A DNA stretch of 64,000 nucleotides from Candidatus Saccharimonadales bacterium. Its GTDB lineage: Bacteria > Patescibacteriota > Saccharimonadia > Saccharimonadales > 2-12-FULL-41-12. The notes beneath the pieces were generated by a model. The model was given only the letters and a program-made list of their open reading frames with translations. It was not told the origin of the DNA and made no database searches. Shown here in pieces: positions 1-9,765 of the stretch; the first letter of the stretch is position 1, and the number at the start of each line of letters is the position of its first letter. The stretch spans positions 69,690 to 133,689 of the forward strand of contig JANWLD010000003.1 in assembly GCA_025451045.1 (NCBI GenBank). Direction: 5' to 3'. Made by a program: the position numbers and the translations under genes.

Positions 1-160
1 CGCCTAAACTAGTAGGTGTTTCATCTGCACCGTCTAAAAAAGCTGGATTGCCCGAATAGAAAGCTCTTGCCTCGGGCACGCTTTGAGGGGTTTTTAATAT
101 TTCAGGAAGACCGGCTCCATCGACTTCAACCGGACTCGCTGTTGCTTGTCCATTTCCCAT
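1..160 (-). CDS. hypothetical protein, 3' end outside window
   Basis: ATG at 160 (minus), open to window edge (MGNGQATASPVEVDGAGLPEILK...); divergent from prfB. Confidence 0.5.
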   Translation of the reverse strand, partial: MGNGQATASPVEVDGAGLPEILKTPQSVPEARAFYSGNPAFLDGADETPTSLG

Positions 161-240
161 AATTTACTAAGTTATATTGTATACTTTTTATGAAATAATT
201 GCAAGTATTTAAAGAGTAACTGCTATACTATAGTTCATAA

Positions 241-1329
241 ATGAAACCTATGGACAAAGAAGAAATAAAACAGCTAACCGGCCGGATAGATGATGCATTG
301 AAAATCATCAAGCTTGATGAACTTAAAAATCAGCGAGATGAGCTAAAAGCAAAAAGCGAACAGGCGAGCTTCTGGGATGATAACCAGAAGGCCTCAAAAG
401 TTATGCAAAAACTCTCCGCACTTGATGAAAAAATCACGGATTGGCAGGAAATATCCTCCGAAGCCAAAGATTTGCTGGAACTGTCTGATTTGTCTGACAG
501 CTCGCTTAAAAACGATTTGGACAAACAGTTTAAAAAGCTCAAAAAGCGGTTTGAAAAAGCCCACTTTGAACTAGCTTACAGCGGGCCATATGACGAAAAT
601 GGCGCCATTGTCAGCATCCATGCCGGCGCCGGCGGGGTAGATGCCCAGGATTGGGCCTCGATGTTGCTCAGGATGTATCTGCGCTGGGCCGAAAACAGCG
701 GTTTCAAGACCAAAATGATTGATGAGTCAGCTGGTGAGGAAGCCGGGCTGAAAAGTGCCAGTTTCAGCGTTCATGGTTCGCTGGCTTATGGAAAGCTCAA
801 GGGAGAGCATGGCGTACACCGCTTAGTTCGGCTTAGTCCGTTCAATGCCAACAACTTGCGCCAGACCAGCTTTGCCAAAATCGAGGTTTTACCGGAGATA
901 GATGAGCCGGAAACCGTGCCGATAGACGAAAAAGACCTTAAAATCGATGTTTTCCGTTCCGGCGGCCACGGCGGACAGAGTGTCAATACTACCGATTCGG
1001 CGGTTCGGGTTACCCATCTGCCAACCGGTATAACCGTGAGTATCCAAAACGAACGAAGCCAGATACAGAACAAAGAAACGGCAATGACCATTCTGCGCTC
1101 TAAACTGGCTCAACTGCAAATACAGCAGCACAAAGAGAATATAGCCGAAATAAAAGGCCCGAATCAGTCCGCTGAATGGGGCAATCAGATAAGAAGTTAT
1201 GTGCTGCACCCCTATAAGCAAGTAAAGGATTTGCGCACCGGACAAGAAAACTCGGATCCGAAGGCTGTTTTGGACGGCGATATAAATAAATTTATTGAAG
1301 AGTATACGGCCAGTCTTATAAAGAGCTAG
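241..1329 (+). CDS. prfB: peptide chain release factor 2
   Basis: GGQ motif (GGHGGQSVN), SPF tripeptide (RLSPFN), WGNQIRSY; single continuous ORF. Confidence 0.97.
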   Translation: MKPMDKEEIKQLTGRIDDALKIIKLDELKNQRDELKAKSEQASFWDDNQKASKVMQKLSALDEKITDWQEISSEAKDLLELSDLSDSSLKNDLDKQFKKLKKRFEKAHFELAYSGPYDENGAIVSIHAGAGGVDAQDWASMLLRMYLRWAENSGFKTKMIDESAGEEAGLKSASFSVHGSLAYGKLKGEHGVHRLVRLSPFNANNLRQTSFAKIEVLPEIDEPETVPIDEKDLKIDVFRSGGHGGQSVNTTDSAVRVTHLPTGITVSIQNERSQIQNKETAMTILRSKLAQLQIQQHKENIAEIKGPNQSAEWGNQIRSYVLHPYKQVKDLRTGQENSDPKAVLDGDINKFIEEYTASLIKS

Positions 1330-1376
1330 ACTTGAGAATAAGTCAATTTAGTGTTAAATTACTTAAAATATAGAAC

Positions 1377-2081
1377 GTGATCTTAAGGAGTTATAGCTTG
1401 AACGGACGCAGTATTGAATTTGTTGAAAACAGAGATCCGAAGGGCTGTTTTGAGGCCGATGTCGAGGCATTGACATATATTCACCAGAACGAAGTACGCC
1501 TTGCCTTGGACAAAGCCGATCTTTATACGCCGGATGGCCTGAGGGTAGTTGGCGCCGAAGTCCTTAATGCGAGTATGAGGTCCGCGGTATTATCGGTTAA
1601 TTTTAAGGAAGTATTACCGCATTACAATGGCTTTAGCGGCGATGAGATAGCATTGGATGACTCACCGGATTTAGAGAAGGAGCGCTTGCAAACCTTACAA
1701 ACTAGTTTGGCAGAAGATGATCATCAAGGACTCATCCTTTTTTACCCTTGTAAGCGACCGGGCAGTCCATTAATATTTGGTCATTTCGTGGCCGCCATAG
1801 AAGGACAAGAAGCGGATGCGGCTCTAACTGTTATGGACCCAAGTGAATTAAGAGATCCCAAAACAGATGAGAGAATAGGCGGTGTTTTTCAAAAGAGTGA
1901 GGAAGAAGTATTAGAAATGCTAACCCCTGTTATTAATCTTGACCAACTGATACCTGTCTTTGCCTACTCGGTAAGGATAAATTCCTTGTCGCCTATTATG
2001 CAAGAAGCAGAAGCTAGCGCCGTAGGTGAAATCGAAGCCGAGCCTAAAGGCGAGGCTCGCGAACTTGCTTTAGCCTTATAA
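1377..2081 (+). CDS. hypothetical protein, possible papain/C39-like peptidase fold
   Basis: 234-aa ORF; spaced C..GHFVA..VMDP motifs; start may be TTG 1398 after AAGGAG. Confidence 0.5.
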   Translation: MILRSYSLNGRSIEFVENRDPKGCFEADVEALTYIHQNEVRLALDKADLYTPDGLRVVGAEVLNASMRSAVLSVNFKEVLPHYNGFSGDEIALDDSPDLEKERLQTLQTSLAEDDHQGLILFYPCKRPGSPLIFGHFVAAIEGQEADAALTVMDPSELRDPKTDERIGGVFQKSEEEVLEMLTPVINLDQLIPVFAYSVRINSLSPIMQEAEASAVGEIEAEPKGEARELALAL

Positions 2082-2125
2082 AATCAAGAATTATGTAATA
2101 AAACCGGTTTGCTATAATAAAGCTT

Positions 2126-2809
2126 GTGATTTTACTTGATAGGGTAACAAAAACTTACACTAGGAAAAAAACAGATGCGCTTTACCGTATCAACCTGCAT
2201 GTCGAGCCAAAAGAGTTCGTAATTGTCGTCGGCCCTTCTGGCGCCGGCAAATCAACTCTTCTTAAATTACTAACCAGAGAAGAAAAGCCTACCACCGGTA
2301 AAATAATCGTCGGCGGTATAGATTACGAACACCTTAAGGAAAAGGAAATCCCAACACTTCGCCGCAAAATAGGCGTAGTTTTTCAGGATTTTAAGTTACT
2401 ACCGAACAAGACAGTGTTTGAAAATGTCGCTTTCGCCCTGGAGATTGCCGGCTACTCCAACCGCGAAATCCGCCATACCGTACCAAAAGTCTTAAATATT
2501 GTCGGATTAAAAGGCAAAGAAAATAATTATCCGCGTGAACTCTCCGGCGGCGAGACCCAGCGGGTAGCAATAGCCCGCGCCGTAGTGCGCCAACCAAAAA
2601 TCCTGATCGCTGACGAGCCGACCGGCAACTTAGACCCCAAACATGCTTGGGATGTGATAAAGGTTCTGGAAAAGATTAACAAATATGGCACGACCGTGCT
2701 TTTGACGACCCATAATCAGGAGATTGTAAACAAGCTAAAAAGACGGGTAGTAACCATCAAAGACGGCAAGATTGTCAGTGATAAGGCCAGCGGAGGCTAC
2801 GAGATTTAG
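2126..2809 (+). CDS. ftsE: cell division ATP-binding protein FtsE
   Basis: GPSGAGKS Walker A, VVFQDFKLL, LSGGE, ADEPTGNLD; followed by ftsX. Confidence 0.95.
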   Translation: MILLDRVTKTYTRKKTDALYRINLHVEPKEFVIVVGPSGAGKSTLLKLLTREEKPTTGKIIVGGIDYEHLKEKEIPTLRRKIGVVFQDFKLLPNKTVFENVAFALEIAGYSNREIRHTVPKVLNIVGLKGKENNYPRELSGGETQRVAIARAVVRQPKILIADEPTGNLDPKHAWDVIKVLEKINKYGTTVLLTTHNQEIVNKLKRRVVTIKDGKIVSDKASGGYEI

Positions 2810-2811
2810 CC

Positions 2812-3783
2812 GTGAAAAGGAAGTTTATAACACTAGTCAGGGTAATTCGTAACGGCTGCATAAATTTTGTGCGCAATCTATCTTTAAGTGTTGCGGCCAC
2901 GGCCGTCATGGTTGTGACTTTGACTATCGTGCTGTTCTCCATAATTGCCAACGCGACGTTTAACAATACAATCAATGAGATCAACAGCAAGATAGATATT
3001 TCAGTCTATTTAAAAGACACGGTTACCGAGCAGCAACGCGATGACCTAATAAACCAGCTGAAGGGTCTGCCAAATGTCGCGTCAGTCGAATATGTTACCA
3101 AAGAACAAGCCTTGGAAAAATATAGGGAACAAAACAAAGACAACCTGAATTTGCTGCTGGCAATATCCCAGACTGATAACCCCTTGCCAGCAACGGTCCA
3201 GATAAAACCGCGTGACCCGATTCGGATAAACGATATAAAAACCGTTTTGGAAGATCCCAAAAACCTGGCTTTACAATCAGATGAAACTTCTTATTCCGGT
3301 GATCGCAAAGAGGCAATAGACAAGATTACGCATGCCACCGCGTTTTTCAGAAAAGCAGTCTTCGTAGGAGTGGTGATTTTCGCCATTATATCTATGCTGA
3401 TTATCTTTAATACTATCCGGATGGCGATTTTCAATCGCCGGAGCGAACTAAGGATCATGCGTCTTCTAGGTGCTAAACCGTGGTATATAAGGGGTCCGTT
3501 TATCATTGAGACGATGATTTATGGTATCGTGGCGGCAGTTGCTTCCATTGCTATCTGCAATTTCCTGTTTGCTGTGCAGTCCCAGGCATTTGATGCCAGC
3601 AGTTTGGGGTTACTGGATATAACTTATGCGAATGATTATTTCGCCGAGCATTTCTGGATGTTTCTCTTAATGCAGCTGGTGGCCGGCATGACCATTGGAG
3701 CCGTTTCGGCTTTGATAGCAACCAAGAAATATCTGAAAATGCAAAACAGCAGCAAGATACGCTTCCGTCTGTTTAGAAGATAA
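2812..3783 (+). CDS. ftsX: cell division permease FtsX
   Basis: 4 TM segments, NPLP motif, IFNTIR..RRSELRIMRLLGA..IRGPF. Confidence 0.95.
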   Translation: MKRKFITLVRVIRNGCINFVRNLSLSVAATAVMVVTLTIVLFSIIANATFNNTINEINSKIDISVYLKDTVTEQQRDDLINQLKGLPNVASVEYVTKEQALEKYREQNKDNLNLLLAISQTDNPLPATVQIKPRDPIRINDIKTVLEDPKNLALQSDETSYSGDRKEAIDKITHATAFFRKAVFVGVVIFAIISMLIIFNTIRMAIFNRRSELRIMRLLGAKPWYIRGPFIIETMIYGIVAAVASIAICNFLFAVQSQAFDASSLGLLDITYANDYFAEHFWMFLLMQLVAGMTIGAVSALIATKKYLKMQNSSKIRFRLFRR

Positions 3784-3858
3784 AAAGCAATAAACATAAA
3801 AGGTTTGATGATTATTCCAGGGCTTGCTACAATAGACTTTCAGCTCTGGGCTTATAGT

Positions 3859-4110
3859 ATAATTTCTCAACTTATAATCTACTCCCGGGGCTAACTAACA
3901 TAGAAGTAAACCGCCAAAAAACTCAATTAACAATAATTCAAGACACCTATGCTTGAGTTTAAAAGTTGTTTTCTTATTTGAAGCTCAAAGCGAGATGTAT
4001 AAATAATACTTCGAGCGAGAACTGGAAATAAAAAACGGCTTTGAGACCAAGAAGCCAGTAGTGTCAGCGTCTCTGATGCTGAGCAGACTGGCTGGCATAG
4101 GGGTCGGGAG
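3859..4110 (+). promoter_or_regulatory. candidate structured leader upstream of CHAP hydrolase
   Basis: TATAAT 3859-3864; stems 3942-3952/4095-4105, 3953-3988, 4053-4093. Confidence 0.4.
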
Positions 4111-4188
4111 GGGTTGAAAAAGATGACTGCTTATGCTAAGATACAAGTGGTATTTTCAAAATACAAACCAAAAATAAAAATAGTAAAA

Positions 4189-5331
4189 ATGCGAAAAAAC
4201 GCCTCACACCCAAGTAGAGATATTGTCCTGTTCAGCAAAGAGGGTCTGTTGGCTATGGTTATGGTATTTGCTCTTGTTTTTGCGACAGTAGGTTCTTCAC
4301 TGGTAAGCGCCGACAAATTTGACGAGAAGATAAAGGCTCTGGCCAGAGAAAACAACAAAACGGCTTCAGCCCGCAACGAGCTGGGCGCGGAAGCGGATAA
4401 CCTTAGCGACCAGATTGGCAAACTGCAGGATCAAATAGACGCCAAACAAGCTGCTATTAATCAGCATCAGGAAGAAGTCGACAAACTAAAAGTTGAGATT
4501 GAAAAAGCCCAGAAAGAACTGGATAGACAAAAGGAAGTCCTGGGCGAATCAATCCGGGCGATGTACCTGGAGGGCGACATCTCGACGCTCGAGATGCTGG
4601 CTACCAGCAAGAACTTGAGTGATTATTTTGACAAGCAGCAATACCGCGAATCGGTCCAGAACAAGATAAAGTCCACGCTGGATAAGATTACCCAACTGAA
4701 ACTGGATCTGAATACCAAGAAGACAAAGACCGAAGATTTGATAGCCGAACAAAAGGATCTAAAAGAAGAACTGGTCGGCCAGCGTTCGGAAAAAGACCGC
4801 TTGCTTTCACTCAACGAAGGCCAGCAAAGCGAACTTAATCAGGATATAAAGGCTAATAATGCCCGAATTGCCAAACTACGCCAGCAACAGGCGATTGAAA
4901 ACGCCCGGCACTTCAGCGGTGTAACTGTTATCGCCGGCCACAATGGCCGCGACAGCTATCCGGACGCTTGGCGCAACGCGCCGCAGGACAGCCGTCTGGA
5001 CAGTTGGGGTATGTATAACCGCGAATGTGTTAGCTATACAGCTTGGAAAGTCTATGAAAGCGGCCGCTTTATGCCGTACTGGGGTGGTCGGGGCAATGCC
5101 AACCGTTGGGATGACAACGCCCGCGCCGCCGGTATACCGGTAAGTTCTACGCCCCGCGCCGGCGATGTTGCGATTGCCCACTGGGGTGCGTTCGGCCACG
5201 CCATGTATGTAGAATCGGTCAATGGCGACGGCACCATCAACATTAGCCAGTACAACTGGGACTATAACGGCACTTACTCCGAAGCTTACCACTTCTCAAC
5301 AAGCGGACTGGTTTTCATACATTTTAGGTAG
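4189..5331 (+). CDS. PcsB/CwlO-like coiled-coil + CHAP peptidoglycan hydrolase
   Basis: hydrophobic N-terminus, long coiled coil, CHAP motifs ECVSYTAW, GNANRW, FGHAMYVE; downstream of ftsEX; start chosen at ATG 4189. Confidence 0.88.
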   Translation: MRKNASHPSRDIVLFSKEGLLAMVMVFALVFATVGSSLVSADKFDEKIKALARENNKTASARNELGAEADNLSDQIGKLQDQIDAKQAAINQHQEEVDKLKVEIEKAQKELDRQKEVLGESIRAMYLEGDISTLEMLATSKNLSDYFDKQQYRESVQNKIKSTLDKITQLKLDLNTKKTKTEDLIAEQKDLKEELVGQRSEKDRLLSLNEGQQSELNQDIKANNARIAKLRQQQAIENARHFSGVTVIAGHNGRDSYPDAWRNAPQDSRLDSWGMYNRECVSYTAWKVYESGRFMPYWGGRGNANRWDDNARAAGIPVSSTPRAGDVAIAHWGAFGHAMYVESVNGDGTINISQYNWDYNGTYSEAYHFSTSGLVFIHFR

Positions 5332-5341
5332 GCATTGCCTT

Positions 5342-5397
5342 ATGAGAGGAGGGGACTCCTCCTCTCATCGAGCCAGGTTCGTAGTAAACGAACTTGG
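5342..5397 (+). terminator. tandem hairpins after CHAP hydrolase
   Basis: atgagaggagg/cctcctctcat and ccaggttcgt/acgaacttgg stems; no clear U-tract. Confidence 0.4.
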
Positions 5398-5542
5398 TCT
5401 GCTCACCTCCCAATTAGAATCAAGAAACCCGAAATAAATTCGAATTTCTTTCAACCATAGTTCAATCAGTTAAATTGGGTTCTAAGAATTCTTTTGGGGT
5501 ACAATGGTTAAGTTAATTTAAGTTCAGTCCAGGAAGGCTTTA

Positions 5543-6757
5543 GTGGAGCAGACCGATAAACCCAAAAAGTTCAAATTAAACACTAAAATAATCCGTAATT
5601 TGGTAATGATAGCCTTAGTTTTTACCGCCGGGGCGATTATTGGCAGCAAACATCCTAATTTTTTAAACGACCTTAGAAACGAAAAATCAGTTCAAAAGCA
5701 AAGTCTGCCAAATAAATTGGACTATAAAGAGGTGGAAGAAATTTATTCCATGCTTAAAGCTAACTATGATGGCCAGCTGGACATCGGCAAATTACAAGAT
5801 GGCCTGAAAGAAGGCTTGGTTAAAGCCGCTGGCGATCCTTACACCGAATATCTAAACGCTCAGGAAAGCAAGGATTTTGACGAGGCGCTCAATGGTTCGT
5901 TTGAGGGCATAGGCGCGGAACTAGGCAAAGACAAGCAAGCTATAGTTATTATCTCGCCGATAGCCGGTTTCCCAGCGGCCAAGGCCGGCCTAAAACCCAA
6001 GGACATAATAGCCGAGATAAACGGCGAGAATGCCCTGGATTTGAACATAGATGAAGCCGTCCAGAAAATCCGCGGACCGAAAGGTACCATGGTCAAATTG
6101 GGCATTATCCGCGACGGCAAGAAACTTGATTTTGAGATTACTCGGGCGCAGATTACGATTCCAAGCGTAACCAGTAAAGTGGTCAATGGCAACATAGGGG
6201 TGATAAAAATCAGCCGATACAGCGACGATACGGTCGAGTTGGCGACCAAATATGCCAATGAACTGAAAGACAAAGGGGCCAAAGGTATCATCTTAGACCT
6301 GCGCGGCAACCCGGGCGGACTGCTGGACGCAGCCGTTGGCGTTTCTAATTTATGGCTCGAGAACGGGCAGACGATTTTGCAGGAAAAGCGCGACAATGTA
6401 GTCGAGAAAACTTTTTTTGCCGAAGGCGAGCCAATACTAAGCGGTATCCCAACGGTGGTTTTGATAGACGAAGGCAGCGCCAGCGCCAGTGAAATTACTG
6501 CCGGCGCGCTCAAAGATAACGGCGCGGCGGTACTTATTGGCCAGAAGAGTTATGGCAAAGGCAGTGTTCAGGAAGTATTAAACCTAGGCTTTGGCGGCGA
6601 ACTGAAAGTTACTGTCGCCCGCTGGTATACGCCGAAAGGTATCAATATCGATAAAGAGGGCCTGCAGCCGGATCAAAAGGTCGGATTTTCTGAAGCCGAT
6701 GCGAAAGCCAAGCGCGATCCACAACAAGATGCGGCCATTAAGTACCTGAATAGATGA
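5543..6757 (+). CDS. carboxy-terminal processing protease, S41 family with PDZ
   Basis: DPYT, GIGA, DLRGNPGG, SASASE, GKGSVQ motifs. Confidence 0.93.
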   Translation: MEQTDKPKKFKLNTKIIRNLVMIALVFTAGAIIGSKHPNFLNDLRNEKSVQKQSLPNKLDYKEVEEIYSMLKANYDGQLDIGKLQDGLKEGLVKAAGDPYTEYLNAQESKDFDEALNGSFEGIGAELGKDKQAIVIISPIAGFPAAKAGLKPKDIIAEINGENALDLNIDEAVQKIRGPKGTMVKLGIIRDGKKLDFEITRAQITIPSVTSKVVNGNIGVIKISRYSDDTVELATKYANELKDKGAKGIILDLRGNPGGLLDAAVGVSNLWLENGQTILQEKRDNVVEKTFFAEGEPILSGIPTVVLIDEGSASASEITAGALKDNGAAVLIGQKSYGKGSVQEVLNLGFGGELKVTVARWYTPKGINIDKEGLQPDQKVGFSEADAKAKRDPQQDAAIKYLNR

Positions 6758-6873
6758 TAGGTTCTAGGTGATAGTGAACAGGTAAAAACACCTAGCCCCT
6801 ATAACCTATACACTATCTCCTTGAAATGTGGTAATATAGTTGGATATTTGTTAAGGGGGAGCGAGTAGTAGCG

Positions 6874-8484
6874 GTGGCAAAGCCGACAAAATATATTTTT
6901 GTGACAGGTGGAGTCCTTTCCGGTCTCGGCAAGGGCATAACAGCAGCCTCTATCGCCAACCTCTTAAAAGCCCGCGGCCTAAAAGTAAACATCCAAAAAT
7001 GCGACCCTTATTTGAATGTTGACGCCGGCACGCTGAACCCGCGCGAACACGGCGAAGTTTTTGTAACCCGCGACGGAGCCGAAACCGACCTTGACCTTGG
7101 CCATTACGAAAGATTCATTGACGAAGAGTTGACTCAAGCCAGCAGCCTAATGAGCGGCCGGGTTTTACTTCAAGTTATTCAAGATGAGCGGGCCGGTAAA
7201 TACTCCGGCGAGGACGTGCAGATAATCCCGCATTTGACAGCGGCCATACAAAAATACATTCAATCTGCAGGCAAGGATTTTGACGTGCATATAGTCGAAC
7301 TTGGCGGCACAGTCGGCGACTACGAAGGGCTTAGCTTTATCGAGGCGATTCGCGAGCTGGGACTTAGGGTCGGCTTGCAAAATTGCCTGTATGTCCACGT
7401 GGTTTATATGCCATATCTGGGCGCTAGCCAGGAGTTTAAGACCAAACCGGCGCAGAATTCTGTCCGCGACCTGCGCGGCTTGGGTATTTCGCCGAATATT
7501 TTAGTTGCCAGAAGCGAAAAAGAACCGCCCGTAAGCGTTAAAAATAAATTAAGCCTGTTTTGCGGTGTCGGACCGGAAGCAATCGCGCTGTTGCCGAACG
7601 CATCAAGCATTTACGGCGTGCCGCTGGAGCTGGAAGACACCGGTATCGCTGACGTTATCGCAGACAAGTTGGATTTAAAAGTCAAAAAGCCTGATCTGAA
7701 AGATTGGCGTGAAGTCGTGCGTCTGACTACCACCAAATTTCCGACCAAAGTCACTGTCGGCGTGGTTGCCAAGTATCTGGACAATCAAGATACCTACATG
7801 AGTGTATTTGAAGCGCTGAGATCGGCCGCTTGGAGCAACGAAGTTAATGTCGATATCCGCTGGGTGGACGCCGAAAGCCTGGAAGAAAAGGGCGCGAAAG
7901 TAGCCGAAGCGCTTGCCAGTTGTGACGGTATAGTCGTGCCGGGCGGTTTCGGTATCCGTGGACTAAACGGCAAGATAAAAGCCGCCCAGTATGCGTTGAA
8001 ACACAAATTCCCATACCTCGGGCTGTGTCTGGGCCTGCAGATGGCGGTGATTGCCGCGGCCAAAAACGCCGGCATCAGCGATGCGACGACTACGGAACTT
8101 GATTCTAAAGCTAAAAACCAGGTTATTTCCACCATGGATGGCCAGCAGGGAATGGAACTGACCGGTGGAACCATGCGATTGGGCGATTACCCATGCAAAA
8201 TCGCGCCGGACAGCAAAGTCGGCAAGCTCTACGAGCAAAAAAACATACTCGAGCGCCACCGTCACCGTTTTGAATGCAATAATGCGTACCGCGACCAATA
8301 CGCTAAGTGGGGTATCCGCGCCGTTGGTACCAGCCCGGATGATAAATTAGTCGAAATTATCGAAGGCCTTAACCACCCATTCTTCGCCGCCAGCCAATTT
8401 CATCCGGAGTTCAAATCCCGGCCAAACCGGCCGCACCCGCTATTTAACGGTTTTATCCGGGCTTTGAAAGCTAAAAAAGCATAA
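6874..8484 (+). CDS. pyrG: CTP synthase
   Basis: GGVLSGLGKG, DPYLNVDAGT, GLCLGLQ, ERHRHR, QFHPE. Confidence 0.98.
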   Translation: MAKPTKYIFVTGGVLSGLGKGITAASIANLLKARGLKVNIQKCDPYLNVDAGTLNPREHGEVFVTRDGAETDLDLGHYERFIDEELTQASSLMSGRVLLQVIQDERAGKYSGEDVQIIPHLTAAIQKYIQSAGKDFDVHIVELGGTVGDYEGLSFIEAIRELGLRVGLQNCLYVHVVYMPYLGASQEFKTKPAQNSVRDLRGLGISPNILVARSEKEPPVSVKNKLSLFCGVGPEAIALLPNASSIYGVPLELEDTGIADVIADKLDLKVKKPDLKDWREVVRLTTTKFPTKVTVGVVAKYLDNQDTYMSVFEALRSAAWSNEVNVDIRWVDAESLEEKGAKVAEALASCDGIVVPGGFGIRGLNGKIKAAQYALKHKFPYLGLCLGLQMAVIAAAKNAGISDATTTELDSKAKNQVISTMDGQQGMELTGGTMRLGDYPCKIAPDSKVGKLYEQKNILERHRHRFECNNAYRDQYAKWGIRAVGTSPDDKLVEIIEGLNHPFFAASQFHPEFKSRPNRPHPLFNGFIRALKAKKA

Positions 8485-8527
8485 GCCTTCTTGTAAATAA
8501 ATAGATATTTAATTACTATTACTAGAT

Positions 8528-8914
8528 ATGAGCAACGCAAGCGAAAAAACTATCCTACTGGTTGAAGACGATGACCGGCTGGCTGAAGTCTATGAAACGC
8601 GGCTGAAAGCCGAAGGGTTCAAAACCAAGCGCGTAGCCAACGGCGAAGAGGCACTGGCGGCGGCACTGCAGGTCAAACCGGATTTGATTCTGTTGGATGT
8701 GATGATGCCGAAGGTCAGCGGCTTTGACGTACTCGATATTCTTCGCAATACGCCGGAAACCACCAATGTCAAAATCATCATGCTGACGGCTTTGAGCCAG
8801 GACAGCGACCGTGACCGGGCCAAATCACTAGGGGTGGACGATTACCTTATCAAATCCCAAGTCGTAATTGCCGATGTAGTTGCCAAAGTCAAAGAACACC
8901 TTAACCTGGCTTAG
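8528..8914 (+). CDS. single-domain response regulator
   Basis: LLVEDD, LILLDVMMP, MLTA, DYLIK receiver motifs. Confidence 0.93.
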   Translation: MSNASEKTILLVEDDDRLAEVYETRLKAEGFKTKRVANGEEALAAALQVKPDLILLDVMMPKVSGFDVLDILRNTPETTNVKIIMLTALSQDSDRDRAKSLGVDDYLIKSQVVIADVVAKVKEHLNLA

Positions 8915-8954
8915 GGCTTTGACACAATATAAGTTTTAGTGTATTTGTGTATTA

Positions 8955-9479
8955 ATGCAAACCGGTAATTTTGAAGTCGGGGAACTGGGTTATTGTGAGT
9001 TGAACTCGGTACTGCTCGGAGGTGATACAACCGAGCTGGTTTTATATCATGAGCTAGATGATACACCGGAAGAAATTGGCTATATTTGTGTCGCACCCGA
9101 CCCTTGGGGCGATGATAAAGCAGTGAAAGAAATTAGCGACTTATTTATCAGAAGAGAATTTAGGGGAAAAGGAGCTGGTTCATTTTTGGTTGATCAAGCT
9201 ATAGAGGATGCTAAGCAAGCCGGCCTGAATACTCTTCAGACTTGCGCGGTCAATGAACGGACGGTAAGCTCATTTTGCCGACATTTTAACCTGCCGGATC
9301 TTAGCTTTTATAAAAAGCATGGAATAGACGAGCCGCCTCGGCCGATTCAAATATCTCCAAGCGGTGCTATAGATTATCTGAGAAAAAGACGAAAAGAGCA
9401 GATTAAACAATCCGGAGTAGACGGAGAGTTAAAAGGATTCGGCATACATATTCTGGGTCGGCTGGCCCGAACTGCTTAA
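8955..9479 (+). CDS. GNAT-family acetyltransferase
   Basis: LFIRREFRGKGAGSFL acetyl-CoA-binding motif. Confidence 0.7.
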   Translation: MQTGNFEVGELGYCELNSVLLGGDTTELVLYHELDDTPEEIGYICVAPDPWGDDKAVKEISDLFIRREFRGKGAGSFLVDQAIEDAKQAGLNTLQTCAVNERTVSSFCRHFNLPDLSFYKKHGIDEPPRPIQISPSGAIDYLRKRRKEQIKQSGVDGELKGFGIHILGRLARTA

Positions 9480-9489
9480 GAGATAAAAT

Positions 9490-9762
9490 TTAAACTACGC
9501 TGACTTCGGTTCGTCTGACGCTACGGCCGGAATAAGTCTTAACTTTTCGGGTTTTGTAGGCAACGACACCGTCTTTGTCAGCGTGAATGGTAAAGTTACG
9601 GCTCATCTTGGTGCCCGGCCCGGGACGTTTGGTCATGCCGATCTGGCGCACAATAACCTGGCCGACTGTGGCTTTTTGGCCGCCGGAAATCTTGATACCT
9701 AGCCGCTGGCCGGGACTATCGTGGTTGTTTTTGCTGGAACCCCCAGCCTTTACTTTCGACAT
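9490..9762 (-). CDS. rpmA: 50S ribosomal protein L27
   Basis: KAGGSSKN, DSPGQRLGIK, GQVIVRQ. Confidence 0.95.
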   Translation of the reverse strand: MSKVKAGGSSKNNHDSPGQRLGIKISGGQKATVGQVIVRQIGMTKRPGPGTKMSRNFTIHADKDGVVAYKTRKVKTYSGRSVRRTEVSVV

Positions 9763-9765
9763 CTG

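Noticed and set aside
5860..6513. Long antisense ORFs (also 57897-58568, 58993-59637, 10520-11017)
   Set aside because: Shadows of well-supported genes on the opposite strand, with no recognisable motifs
6755..6820. Imperfect hairpin with ctagg/cctag-type repeats after ctpA
   Set aside because: Single low-complexity copy in the window; most simply a terminator-like structure
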